DNA of 51,995 nt from Perkinsus olseni (Eukaryota), in contig JABANN010000035.1 in assembly GCA_013115125.1 (NCBI GenBank), positions 62,001-113,995 on the forward strand, given 5' to 3'. The notes beneath the pieces were generated by a model that was not told the origin of the DNA, did no database searches, and was given only the letters and a program-made list of their open reading frames with translations. This document shows positions 37,096 to 48,683 of this stretch, piece after piece. The number at the start of each line of letters is the position of its first letter. Position 1 is the first letter of the stretch. Made by a program: the position numbers and the translations under genes.

Positions 37096-38803
37096 TCACG
37101 AATGATTCCTCTCGTCAGATACGCGGCACCTCGCAATGCGGCCGTTGAGCAGGGCATAGAGCCTGGCAGTGAGGACTTCGGGCCCATCCACCAGGCTGGC
37201 GATGATTCACGAGGTGAATAAGACCCCTGTCGAATGGTCGTTGTTACAAAGGGTCTCTCAGGAATAGTCGATCCCCGAGCGGGGGAGGGAGAGTGTGGCG
37301 AAGTGGAGGGGCAGGGTGGTGATGGCGGTGTCGCTGTCGGAAATAAAAAGTACCGATTCGTCAGTTCTGAGGGGTTCCAGTGTGGGCTCTTAGTTGCTTC
37401 TTGGACTGGTATTACCAAGGGTACGAGGCCTCTATGGCCGATGAGCGTCGTGAAGCTGAGGCGGAGCGAAGAAATTTCGAACGGATGGGAGAAGCTCGTT
37501 TTCGGGGGGTAAGTTGGGTATGGTATGAGAGTGTCTCCTGAATACCGCTAGTGAATGGGCCGGACGACTGATCGGTCGATGACGATCCAGGAGGGCTGCT
37601 AGTTCGTGTCACCCCCAGGTCTCTGTGGTAGGGAGGTCACGACCTTAAGGATGAGCCCATAGCCGAGTGCTCATCGCAAAATTTGGAGATAGCAGCAGGG
37701 ATACCATTGTGTCCTGATTTTCGAACTTCGAAACCGAGTTTCGAAAGTCGAAGTATTAGGTTTATTGACCTGACACGATCATGACACGCTCTGGGTTCTT
37801 CAGTAATATACCGTTGGAGCAGTGCTCTCAGGCCCCACTGCGGAATCACCGCTGCCAAGGAAGCGAAGACTCCAGGAGGAAGCGATCTCATCCACAAGGA
37901 GGCACCGATCCCGACGATGGTGACGACGACGGAAGACCGGAAAGGCCCTGTGTTTTGCGCCGTTTGTTTTGACTGAATAAGTTGAACATTCTTCGAGTAA
38001 CGTGTTGAGTAGTCAGCGATAAGTTCGATAAGAGGTGGCGAATCGTCGACGAGGCAGCCCATGCTGATAAATCGAATGCGAGAGGGGTGGTCTCCAACGC
38101 AGTGCTTAAAGCGAGACGAGGCCGCCGACCGGATTCATCTCCTCAGGATTTTGGGCTCCTTGACTGCTCAGGGAGAAAATCAGGCGCCTTCTTTATCATG
38201 ATGAGGCGGAAGGCGAGTGTGCTGGGGTGTAGCTGGCGAAGACCGAGTGTGAGCTGTTTTCTTCGTACACGTGCGTCCCCTGCTGAAACAGCGTATTGCG
38301 ATAGGAAAGAGGTATTGGACGCAAAAAAGAGACACGCCGACAATATCGGCGTGCCAGAAGAAAACTCCTGAGAGTGTGTCGGGGTTGGTTGACGCAACTG
38401 CCGCACCACCAAAGGAGGATTGGCTCTTTCGATGATGGACGGTGATGCTGTAATGATTCTCCCGGCCGCTGAGACGCTTGATCGGGTGTCCTGATGAACC
38501 TCGGAAGAGCCTTGTGCACCGACGCATAGGAGTAGCTAACGAGCCTGATAGTCTCATGACGCTCTCACACGTAAGCTTCACCACCCGTTCCGTCGAGGAC
38601 GGCGCTAACACGACTACTTGTCGCCTTGCCAAGTCTATCTTTCTGCGCTTCGTGCGTTGTGGTCGCTGGATTCTGGCCATGATTCTGGCCATAAAATGAG
38701 CATCAGATAACATCCTTGCGAAGCTTTCGGTGTAAAATAAAGCACCGAGATACCTCCGTTGTCGTCCGATAGTCTCCTCAACTCTAACTTCGAAACGTGA
38801 CAT
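37096..38803 (-). CDS. Hypothetical multi-exon protein; boundaries uncertain
   Basis: Co-oriented ORF pieces (MSRFEVRVEETIGRQRRYLG..., PLIELIADYSTRYSK...LRALLQRYITEEPRACHDR, LVDGPEVLTARLYALLNGRIARCRV). No recognisable family. Confidence 0.35.
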
Positions 38804-39510
38804 AGTAAGTCGGGAGTCTATTAGGTGAATCGGATCCGTCGTTGGGTATATGGCTAACGCCAGGGTAGCCGTTGGATCGAAGCCGAGCTAACTTTCGATA
38901 TGAATAAGTCTGGGTTAGAAACAACATGATGGTAAAACAGATAAACCAACCCACTTTAGCGAGTGCCTTGCTCGCGTACGCACGTTCCTACGCGGAGGGC
39001 CTGTCTATAAGTAAGACAGTCAGGAAAAATGATGAGCCCTCATCATAGACTTCTACAAGGAAAGGCCAATCAAAGGAAAGGCAAGCGAGTAAGTGATATA
39101 ATCTCTCTATTGCGCTCAATGCCCCGCTGTCTCCCTTGAGACCCGCCTCAGCGCTTCCACCACAGCTGTCCCTAGGATCTTCCATCACGCAGAGACGTGA
39201 CGCCATGTCGTTGGCTTACGTTAGCTTCGCAGTTGTCTCTCTACGTTCAACGAAGTCTGTCGTCCAGTAGTGAGCTAGACTCGCGCGGGTGAAGTATACA
39301 GTGATGCAACTCACGACTACAGTTCTCTACTCCAGCAGCACAGCGACCTGGATGGGAGAATATTCGTTAGGGTCAATGACCTGCACAAACACGCCAAGTT
39401 TGATGCAGCTAGCTTAGCATAGTTGAGCTAAGCTAGAGCGATCCGCTCAGCTATGGTTATTGAATATACTTAGTTCACTCAGGTTCATACTGACCTAAGC
39501 TGTTATACAC

Positions 39511-39837
39511 ATGGTTGCATTCTTCCCCGCGAAAATCATGTTCATCGGTGGGATTGCAGTCGCCATTCTAGACGGTGACCGCAGTGCCGAGGTCATGCAT
39601 GAGCACTACGACTATCTCGCGGAGGGCAACCCTGACTCAACCCCTCGCCAGCTGGGCGATGGAGCGGAGATTAGTGCTTCGGCTGAGCTCAGGCGACAGC
39701 TAAGTGGAAATGATGATGGAACCGCATGCTCGGATCGCCGATACTGCAGCGAACGTCCTGTCAGTGATGATACCTACTGGAAGTGTTTAAATGCCTACAC
39801 GGACTGCGTCGCGTCTTGCGAGTGTTGCACCGCCTAG
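39511..39837 (+). CDS. Secreted Cys-rich prepropeptide, paralog 1 (108 aa)
   Basis: Hydrophobic signal-like N-terminus, acidic pro-region, LRRQL site, then a mature part with 7 Cys ending CVASCECCTA. Paralogous to 42874-43194. Confidence 0.8.
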   Translation: MVAFFPAKIMFIGGIAVAILDGDRSAEVMHEHYDYLAEGNPDSTPRQLGDGAEISASAELRRQLSGNDDGTACSDRRYCSERPVSDDTYWKCLNAYTDCVASCECCTA

Positions 39838-40708
39838 CGTTGATGCTTTCGGCGAGGGAGCGATAGCTTCACGAAGGCTATCACGTACGAAGACGAGTCG
39901 GTACCCGATGTATTGTTATGAATACGCAGTGATTAGCTCCGCTACTTACTCTTTCCGAGGAAGAGCGTGGGAGACTAAGACTTTTTGTGATGAGCTGCTT
40001 ACCATTACCTTGGACTTTTTGTTTCAACTTTGAACATCACCGTTGATTTCCAGGTTACAGAGGTAGTATCGCAGTTTTCCGTAGACACCGCGATGCAGTT
40101 TTGTGAATGCCGGAATGTCTGCGCAGGAACTATACTCTTGAGAGCGAGGAGCGTGTTTAGTTTGAGACAGATGAATCAACCGAGCAAAGACCCCCCCACA
40201 TGAGCTGGTCCGGGCAGTCTAGTCATTGACACTCCCAGTGTTTCGCTGATGGTAAGGCCGCAAAGGAGCACATCGAAAGTGGCAGGGTGGAGTCATCTCT
40301 ACTGATTTCTTTCTTCGACCGACGTCGAACTCGCGATCAGACGCGATATTATCCGTGTTCAGAGCCCTTCGGAGCTTCAGGACGCAGGCAACCTTATCGG
40401 CGTTATGTTCTTATTATAAGTGTAGTTCTTCAGAGAGTGCTCAGCGTCAACGGTAAGAATATTGTAGGCTGCATTTCGATTGGTAAAGGACGATGGGTCT
40501 CCGAGCAGCGCGTCCAAACCCGAGGAGAAGATTGTTGTCAGACGACGCGGTAGGCTCGAATGAGGTAGGGTCATAATACTGCAGAGCGTTCCCGTGTTGA
40601 GAGGAACGCCAATGCTGACTCATCATTGCCGAGCAGCTAGCTCGATGATCGTTGATTGTGCGAGTGAGTGCAGTTTCTCCCAGGTCAGTTTTCCCCGAAT
40701 GATCTTCC

Positions 40709-41577
40709 ATGCCCCGTCATGCCATCGTACGATCACTGGCCTTTCTTGTCCTGACGGCTGCCTCTTACAACTGCTGGCGAAATCGCTTCACTGACTACTC
40801 TGACTTCCCGGTCGCGTACTCTCAATGCTGCGATCCTCTCAATGGTCCGGTAGGCCGCTCTGCATGCTTCAATGGTCGCAGTTATACCTTTACAGATTGC
40901 TGTCTCAAACAACCACGCGACGGCTTAACCAACCTCACAAACGAAGCCAAGGAGCTTGGCATCCACTCCGGCTTCAACTTGGTGGAGTTCCTCACGGCGC
41001 CGCCCTTCCACGAGAGATTCATCGAGCTCTTTCCGTTCATACGCTCCTTGCTACGAGATGGCCGTTATTCAGCCCAGTGTGACATCCTCGCGACTAAGTG
41101 GTTTTCCCATGTCCCGACGGCCGAAGAAGAGGCCCGCCGCGTCAGCCCGGCATGGGTGTGCTCCAAGCTTTCTGATAACGCAGACTTCTGCATGAGCATC
41201 TATGCTCGAATGTGGCAGCATACCGTTTGGCGTCGAGACCTTCATCGTGGCCGACTCACCATGGCTCAGTGTACGTACGCGATGCGACTACTCTACGCCA
41301 TGGGGGTGTTCCTGGCTACCGATGATCTTGAAAACGCCTCACTTACTGAGGCAACGCCGCGAATGATGAAGGAGTGGTTTTACTGGCGGTGGTCGGGCAG
41401 AATGCGAACATGTGAGGTGCTCAACCAGCAACGCGAGCGGAGGGCTGCCGGCATCGTTCGGCTTTCTTATGTCCGTAGCTTATAATACGAAGGAAACTCC
41501 GATGGCCACGGCAGCTATCGAGATGTGGAGATGCTACGCCGACTACCACGGCTACTCGTTCATCCTCAATGATGCGC
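40709..41577 (+). pseudogene. Truncated and frameshifted copy of the GT34-like glycosyltransferase
   Basis: Highly similar to 44750 onward until RRAAG. A deletion then shifts the frame (stop at 41485). Homology resumes in another frame (FLMSVAYNTKETPMATAAIEMWRCYADYHGYSFIL) and ends near 41577, before the DxD motif. Confidence 0.8.
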
Positions 41578-42759
41578 TAGTAGATGATCCCCTGACTGAA
41601 CTTCAAGTTGAAGTTAATCTTCGGATTTCACTCAGCCATTGACTTGAGTTCCCTAATGGTTAACAGCTGCACGGCGCTAGCTAGGTGATGAGAGCGGGTG
41701 CTTTCGCCACTGGACTTCTTTGCAGCACGGCTCGCAGGAGGCATGGGAGTGACCGTGTAACCAACGCAGAGTAGGACGTCCGAGGAAACATATTATAGGA
41801 ACGTATGGAATGTTTATGTGAATGGGCAAAGATCACTCAATCGATAATAGCATAGCTCAGGAATTGTTGGTAGGGACAAGACACAATTAGCTATGGAAAT
41901 GGTCTGGCAATGAGAACACAATTGTCTACAACCGATGATATTATAATAAGGATGATCTCACCGATTGGGCGATGGACCACAGCGTAACGCACGCATGCGC
42001 ATAGCGTTCTTCGTTGGAGTGTCTCTTATAATGGGACATCGTGTATTGGACACGTGGCATACGACTATGACTATCGCCAATAGTCTGTCGGCTATGTCAC
42101 GTAGTCTACGTGACTAGACTGAAAGAGGGGAGTAACCGGCAATGCTCACAGTCGAGGTATTTGCAGCGATGATAGCCTAACAGCTGAGTAGCACTCAAAT
42201 CGGTGGCAAGTTGCCACTGGCAACTGTTACGTAGCGTACAGTCTTCACTATACTTTCACGGTGTCACCGCGACAGTGACAGTGTCACTATGATGCTGTTG
42301 CCCATCTGTTACTCATTATGCGTCGATCGTCCTGTGTATGCGTGCATAGCTGATTCCCCTCGAGAGAGTAAGCTTATAAATGTAACAACGGAGAAGCAAC
42401 ACTATCCACTACTAGAGAAACGCAGTGACAGTCGAAGAGTAGCCGAGCAGGCAGAGGAGATCTACGAGAATGATTCGGTGACTGAGAACCAGTAGCAGAG
42501 GCAGCAACTTACACACAATCTAAGCGACTGTGCGTGAGAAGAACTACTAAGTCCAACCCAGTGGACCGACCTTCCATCGTCGGAAGATTGCCCTCGGAAT
42601 GCCTCAAAGCCCCTAATCGTCACAAAGGGCAGCCCCTCAGGCTTCACCCATGCACATAGCTGAGCAGCACTTTAGGCCAAAAGTGGGCCACGGTTCATGC
42701 AGGCGGAGCGAAGCCAGTTTCGCATATCAGGGTGCAGCTTCCCGCCGTAACAATGTATT

Positions 42760-45670
42760 AGATCCAGCTAGCTTAGCTCTAGCTAACTTAGCTGAGCTAA
42801 CTAGAGCAAAACTGATTCGTGCAGCCCACTTCATTTGATACAACATTTGAAATTGATCTACGCTGCGGTAGACATGGTTGCATTCTTCGCTGTGAGAATT
42901 ATGCTCATCATTGGTGTTGCTATCGCTGTTCAAGACGGTGATCGCCGTGCTAAGGTTATGGAAGACCACCACGCGAAGGGTAGGCTTGGCCCGATCCCCG
43001 ACAAGGTGGGTGATGGAACATGGGTTGGTGGTTCAGCTGCCGAGAGTCGCAGGCTTTGTGGTAATTGCAATTACACTCCGCAATGCTCAACGTGCCTCGA
43101 TTGCCGGGACTTTGAGTTCGTCCTTCCTGACTGTGTAGATGCCGCTGCAGACTGCGGATACTCCCGTGATTGTGACTGCTGCTTCCCCAAGTAGATCCAG
43201 CCACACGACGGTTCATCTTTCGATGAAGGAGCGATAGTTTCGCCCTGGCTTTGCGGCCTCCCACTTGAAATTTATAAGTACGTGTAGGAATGACTTTGTT
43301 ACTGCGATGCTTCACGATCGGCGGCTAACCATTACTTTGTAACTATTTTTCGAAGTCCAGAACCGGTATCGGAGTTTTCCGTAGACACCTTGATATAGTT
43401 TTGAGGGTGCCGGAATCTTTTCTCCGTTATCAGAAACGAGGAGCGTGTTGGATTGGTAGGAGGTAAATTATGGGATCGGCTTCGGCTTTCGAACGCACCG
43501 GGCGCGAGTTTCTCCCTCCGAGCGTCGCTACAGTGAAGTACAAAACTGCCGGACGGGCCAGTCTGGAAAGCACTGCTCCAGTCCTGCTCCAACTGAGCGT
43601 TACAAATGCTACTCCGCGTTTACCCGCGAAGTGTTGGATATCATATTACTGGTCCAGGCGACCTTTGAGGTATGCTGTGGAGAGGAGTGCAGACTCTTCG
43701 TGTGATGATCCTGAACTAAAGTGCTGGTTGAACCAGCCTGGTTCCAACCGCTGAAGCCAGACTTTGTCGAGCTTCTCTCACTAGTAGTGAGTCACTAGTT
43801 CCAGACGGAGGGTTATCTCTACAGATTCAATCAGTCCGATTGTCTTCTGTGAAGACTTCCTACAACTGACATCCTTCCGCAGCCTTGACCATGGCAAGAT
43901 GAACATCGCATCATAGGACAGTGTCGGTCTCCCGAGTTCTTCTGAGTTCCAGTAGCAGTTGCAACCACTAACCTTCAACACTTCCATCTTGAGTCATTGG
44001 GAAACTTGAAGTGGATGGGGCTGCTAATCGTCAGGAGCACACACTCCAGTTTAGGATGCTTCCCACGTTAACTCTCAGCAATCTCCAAGTCCAGCTCGTT
44101 CTTTCTCGTCCACTCTGCAAGGCTCTTCGCGTTAGCGCTGAGGAGACTCGCAACGATCTGTCGTTTAACCAAGTAGATTGCGATGAGTCTCTCCAAGCCC
44201 TAGGATATATCTTCTATGGAGTTTTTGCTAGAACTGCTCCACCATCAACTTTGTTCGCTCTCCTCCCTCATTTCTTGCGTGAGCCACCCGCGTCTCGGCA
44301 GCACTTGTGCGACGCTGCTCCTTTCCGCGAGTTAGTGAGGACTTCGTTCCCTTGCCGTGAAGTTTCGGGTTCTTCTTCCGAACCCTTGCGTAGCATCTGC
44401 AGCATTGGATGCTTCTTGAGCTCTCCCTGAGTGGCGCCTTCCTGGTCGAGTACTACCTCTTCGAAGAATCCTCAGCGTCAACGGTACAAAGCTAATCAGC
44501 TGCACTTCGAGTGACAGAGGAAGACAAGGCGCCGACCAGCGCAACTTTCGCGAGAAGTTTTTAACTGATGCGGCTTATCAGTCCCGAATAAGGTTGCAAT
44601 TCTCGCTTATAATACTGCAGAGTGTTGCAAACTCAGTGTTCCCGCGTTGAGAGTGACGCCAATGTTGGGCACTTCGCACGGTGGTGACTTTGCGGGTAGG
44701 GCAATGCAGCTGCCCTCAGGTCGGTCTTTCTCTTCCCGAATGATCTTCCATGCCCCGTCATGCCACCGTACTGCTGCTGACTTGTGTCGTCGTGATTGCT
44801 GTCTCTTTCAACTGCTGGCGAAATCGCTACACTGACTACTCTGACTCCCCGGTCGGGTACTCTCACTGCTGCGATCCTCTCAACGGTCCGGAGGGCCGCT
44901 CTGGATGCTTCAATGGTCGCAGTTATACCTATACAGATTGCTGCCTCCACGCACCACACGACGGCTTCACCAACCTCACAGACGAAGCCAAGGAGCTCGG
45001 CATCAGCACCGACTTCAACTTGGTGAAGTTCCTCACGGCGCCGCCCTTTCACGAAGGATTCATCGAGCTCTTCCCCTTCATATGCTCCTTGCTACGAGAT
45101 GGCCGATATTCAGCCCAGTGTGACATCCTTGCAACCAAGTGGTTCTCCCATGTCCCGACGACCGAAGAGGAGGCTCGCCGCATCAGCCCGGCATGGGTGT
45201 GCTCCAAGCTTTCTGATAACGCAGACTTCTGCATGAGCATCTATGCTCGAATGTGGCAGCACACCGTTTGGCGTCGAGACCTTCATCGTGGCCAACTTAC
45301 CATGGCTCAGTGTACGTACGCGATGCGACTACTCTACGCCATGGGGGTGTCCTTGGCTGCCGATGACCTCGATCCCAGTCCTAATGTAACTGAAAGGACA
45401 TCACGGATGACGATGGAGTGGTTTTACTGGTGGTGGTCGGACAGAATGCGAAGATGTGAGGTTCTCAACCAACAGCGGGAGCGTAGGGCTGCCGGCGGCG
45501 ACATACAAGTCCCGGCGACCGCCGCTGGGGCTCCTCCAGCCGACCGCGTCGGCATTCTTATGTCGGTAGCTTACAACACGAAGGAAACCCCGATGGCCAC
45601 GGCAGCTGTCGAGATGTGGAGATGCTACGCCGACTTCCACGGCTACTCGTTCATCCTCGATGATGACGCT
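42760..45670 (+). repeat. Copy 2 of the tandem segmental duplication
   Basis: Shares the blocks listed for copy 1. Carries extra unrelated sequence at about 43450-44460. Confidence 0.9.
42874..43194 (+). CDS. Secreted Cys-rich prepropeptide, paralog 2 (106 aa)
   Basis: Signal-like MVAFFAVRIMLIIGVAIA, pro-region, SRRL site, then a mature part with 10 Cys ending DCDCCFPK. The ATG is homologous to that of paralog 1. Confidence 0.8.
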   Translation: MVAFFAVRIMLIIGVAIAVQDGDRRAKVMEDHHAKGRLGPIPDKVGDGTWVGGSAAESRRLCGNCNYTPQCSTCLDCRDFEFVLPDCVDAAADCGYSRDCDCCFPK

Positions 45671-46570
45671 CACGACAGCTACGATGGGCTGTACGCTGTA
45701 CGGTACCCCAGCATGAAGACTGAAGTTGCTCATCGCATCAGCAATCACGAACCTGTTGATGTGAACCTCGTCAGTCCGCCTTCGGTGGGGTGGATGAAGT
45801 GGAGGGCTGCCCGTCGCTGGCTCGGCGAGTTCGATGCGCTCATCATCGTGGACCCGGACATGCTGGTTAGCTTCCCTTGCTACAGTATTGCTCTCCATCA
45901 CTTGCTACGCCAAGGGGCTGACGTTGTCCTGCGTGACTACCCACCGAAGGCTGAACTCAACGCTGGTTTCGCCATCGTCAGAAACACGCCCAATGGACGC
46001 TTTTTCTTGGACTCCCTACTCAGCAAAGCGGCGTGGTACGGCCTGACCCTCGCCGATCAGGACGCGTTGGCTGAGACTGCGTTGCAGTACGTCAGCCACG
46101 AAGTCAATAATGAACTCCCGCAAGAGTCCTCGATCAGCGTGATGAACCCCATCCGTTATGCGAGTCAATGCTTGGACACCATGGTCCTGTACAAGACGGG
46201 GCTCTACAGCGAGGCTGATCAGGTTGTCTGCTTCCAGAAGCATCTGACGATATTAGCGGGCCAGTGGGGTGCGCGGACGACCCGGTCGATCAGATTTGTG
46301 GACCCGAGAGAAATTGATATTAATTACCGTGTGACTTTAACGTCTAGGATTAATGGCACGCCGATGGTTGTGCATTGGGCTGGCAGCGCCACCAAGTTCG
46401 AAGATATGTCCTTATACGTCCATCGGCTGGCGAGAGTGAATATTTCAACGATTACGAAATCAGAGTGGCCTCGAGTATGCCGGGAGGAGCTCTGGTCGAG
46501 CCACTTGAGCAGGACTTGTACGCCTGGAAGCACCGAAGACCTGTGGTGTGACTCTTATTTGTGTGGGTAG
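44750..46570 (+). CDS. GT-A glycosyltransferase, GT34 (GMA12/MNN10-like), with signal anchor and Cys-rich N-terminal module; intronless, 606 aa
   Basis: MWRCYADFHGYSF, WMKWRAARRWL, IIVDPDMLV (DxD), LNAGFAIVRNTPNGRFFL, DQDAL and MVVHWAG follow the order of GT34-type motifs. Confidence 0.8.
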   Translation: MPRHATVLLLTCVVVIAVSFNCWRNRYTDYSDSPVGYSHCCDPLNGPEGRSGCFNGRSYTYTDCCLHAPHDGFTNLTDEAKELGISTDFNLVKFLTAPPFHEGFIELFPFICSLLRDGRYSAQCDILATKWFSHVPTTEEEARRISPAWVCSKLSDNADFCMSIYARMWQHTVWRRDLHRGQLTMAQCTYAMRLLYAMGVSLAADDLDPSPNVTERTSRMTMEWFYWWWSDRMRRCEVLNQQRERRAAGGDIQVPATAAGAPPADRVGILMSVAYNTKETPMATAAVEMWRCYADFHGYSFILDDDAHDSYDGLYAVRYPSMKTEVAHRISNHEPVDVNLVSPPSVGWMKWRAARRWLGEFDALIIVDPDMLVSFPCYSIALHHLLRQGADVVLRDYPPKAELNAGFAIVRNTPNGRFFLDSLLSKAAWYGLTLADQDALAETALQYVSHEVNNELPQESSISVMNPIRYASQCLDTMVLYKTGLYSEADQVVCFQKHLTILAGQWGARTTRSIRFVDPREIDINYRVTLTSRINGTPMVVHWAGSATKFEDMSLYVHRLARVNISTITKSEWPRVCREELWSSHLSRTCTPGSTEDLWCDSYLCG

Positions 46571-47539
46571 TTGAACTGAAGCATGACGATGATGATTCTT
46601 TGAGGCTCTGTATGATGATCCTTTCCTCTTCAGCTGTGAGATGCGTTTCACCAGCGTTAGTTTGCGACTTTTCTTAGTGCCGTTCTCTAAAGGGCTTCGT
46701 GTCTGGGAGGAAGCCTAGAGTGCATGTCGTATAGCATCGGACACACACAAGTCATATACGCGACGAGCTCAGAACGCCCATCGCTCAGTTGCATGGTGCT
46801 AGCGAGCAACATCAAACTCCTCTTGACAGGTTTCGTTGAAGGCTCGTGAGCATCTTCACGTGGGTTGGGGCCCGAACGCCAAGTCCAATCCTTGCTCACA
46901 TCCTTACCGTGCTCTTGGCGACAGCAGATATATCGACCCAGCGGCGTCGTGACACGACCTCAGTACTCCGGCAATGTCACAGATTCTCCAAGCAAGTGGT
47001 CTCGGGCCCTACAGTAGAAGTGAGGCATCCACAAGGCAATGATCTCACGCTCCCGAAGCCGTTGGGTCAACGGCGTTGACCTTAACAACGATGATGAATT
47101 GATCACAACTCTGCGGGAGGGTGGCGTTCGGGCATGATACCTCAGTGACGCGAATATTTCATCATTGCATGGCTGCACTATAGTGATGAGTTGAAGCGAT
47201 AGTGTCTAGCAAGTAGCGGAATTCGATACAGTGCAGACTTCTGAGCCCAGCGAGCAGCGAGAACGGACTCGAGAGGAGTTCGGGAGAAAAAGGGCGGTTG
47301 TTAGCGTGAGAACGCATACGCGCGCATGCTAGCGCCTTCAATGCACAGGATGAAGCCAGATACTAATCTAGGAGTGATGATACGTAGCAGCAGTCGACAT
47401 AGCTGGAGCGATAGTCTGTTATAGCGGTACATAGTTCCCGATAACGTGCACGGTAGTCACTACAGTGTATTACTCTGAGTGTAAGCCTCTTTACGGGGAC
47501 ATGGAGCATCCGGTGTCCCACGGCAGGGGGCACTGCCCT

Positions 47540-47830
47540 CTCCGGGAACTTGACTGGGCAGGTGCGAAGTCGATGCTGGCAAAGCGTTGCTGAGGGCATT
47601 CGCGCTTTATATGGCGAATATGGTCGTTATTGTCGATTGTCACAGTCATCACAGATAGCTAATCGTAATTCAAGTCGAGGGAGCCGTGTCTCTCTGTCTT
47701 CGTGCATGCGTAGTACGCATAGCGTAGCATGCCGGAATTAAGAATCGGACGTGGACATTTTCCAGTATGATCATGAGCTCGGCTTCCTCAGGGTAGGGTC
47801 TCCTCTGATGATGCTGCGCAGCATGAGTCA
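47540..47830 (-). pseudogene. Decayed fragment paralogous to 50830-51140
   Basis: Minus-strand EEAELMIILENVHVRFLIP matches EEAELMVILDNGHSRFLIP near 51100. Shared DNA blocks include CATGAGCTCGGC and GATTGTCACAG. Confidence 0.55.
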
Positions 47831-48134
47831 CCTCGACTTTGTGCTCATGTTCATGCTCACGTAGCGTGCAGAGAGGAGGCCAAACGGTTTAGGGTCACAC
47901 ATCGGGCTGGGGTCTTGACTCAACGCCAGTAAGGAGTAATCTTCCCAGCATGCGCACCACGGTCGGAGTCCTGTCCTTCGTGTGCCTAAGTGTAGCCAGT
48001 GGCGACCTCAAGGTTCAAGATGTCTCCAAAGGATACTTGTAACGCACACCAGAGGCCTTCGCGAAGAATTATGTCTTGTTCGTCTTAGGGAAAGGCAATC
48101 CTGGTTCGAAGGTTGGTCGACACTCAGGAGCTCA

Positions 48135-48683
48135 ATGGACATGAATGATGGTAGGGCTACGCTTCTTGAGGCCATTGCTCCATCGGCCATCATCCACGTG
48201 TGCTCTCCGAGCTCAGGAGGGAACTACTACGAAAAGCCACTGGGGAAATGCGTGTACTCTCCAACTCATTCCCCACCCTTGATCGGATGCAACTGTAAGA
48301 GTCCACAAATTGCATACTATTTGGTAAGCGTTAGATCATCCACCCCTCGTCGAGAGGCTCTCGAGTATTGTATTTGCTGCTACCGCTTGGACGTGATCTT
48401 CGGTCAGACCAATGAAAAGCTCCAAGCCGTTGTCTGCACGGGGAAATGTTCTACAGTTCAAGGCTGCCCCAAGCCTTCCCATGGGGTGCAACGATGCGAG
48501 CCTCTCGGGGCTTGCCTCATCAGCTGCAACGTAGACGCAGTAGGCAAGGGAAGGAATGCCGGAGACTGAAGCTTCGCAGCCCTCTTCTTCGTGTACTCTC
48601 AGGACTGCCCCGCGTCGGGTTCGGGTTTCTGCCAAGACTTCGTCGATTTCCCTAACACACATCGCTGTATGTACAAGCCTTAG
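48135..48683 (+). CDS. Small Cys-rich secreted-type protein, 3 exons
   Basis: Spliced: GNYYEKPLGKCVYSPTHSPPLIGCNCKSPQIAYYL|TNEKLQAVVCTGKCSTVQGCPKPSHGVQRCEPLGACLISCNVDA|DCPASGSGFCQDFVDFPNTHRCMYKP*. The signal peptide is weak. Confidence 0.6.

Larger units (their letters stand above)
39400..41577 (+). repeat. Copy 1 of a tandem segmental duplication (peptide gene + glycosyltransferase gene)
   Basis: Collinear shared blocks with 42760-45670: the AGCT-rich upstream element, the peptide 5' coding region, GTATCG-AGTTTTCCGTAGACACC, CTCAGCGTCAACGGTA, ATAATACTGCAGAG and the highly similar GT 5' half. Confidence 0.9.

Noticed and set aside
47982-48569. 195-aa ORF taken as a complete gene
   Set aside because: It reads through an intron and misses the last exon. 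The spliced model 48135-48683 gives a coherent Cys pattern.
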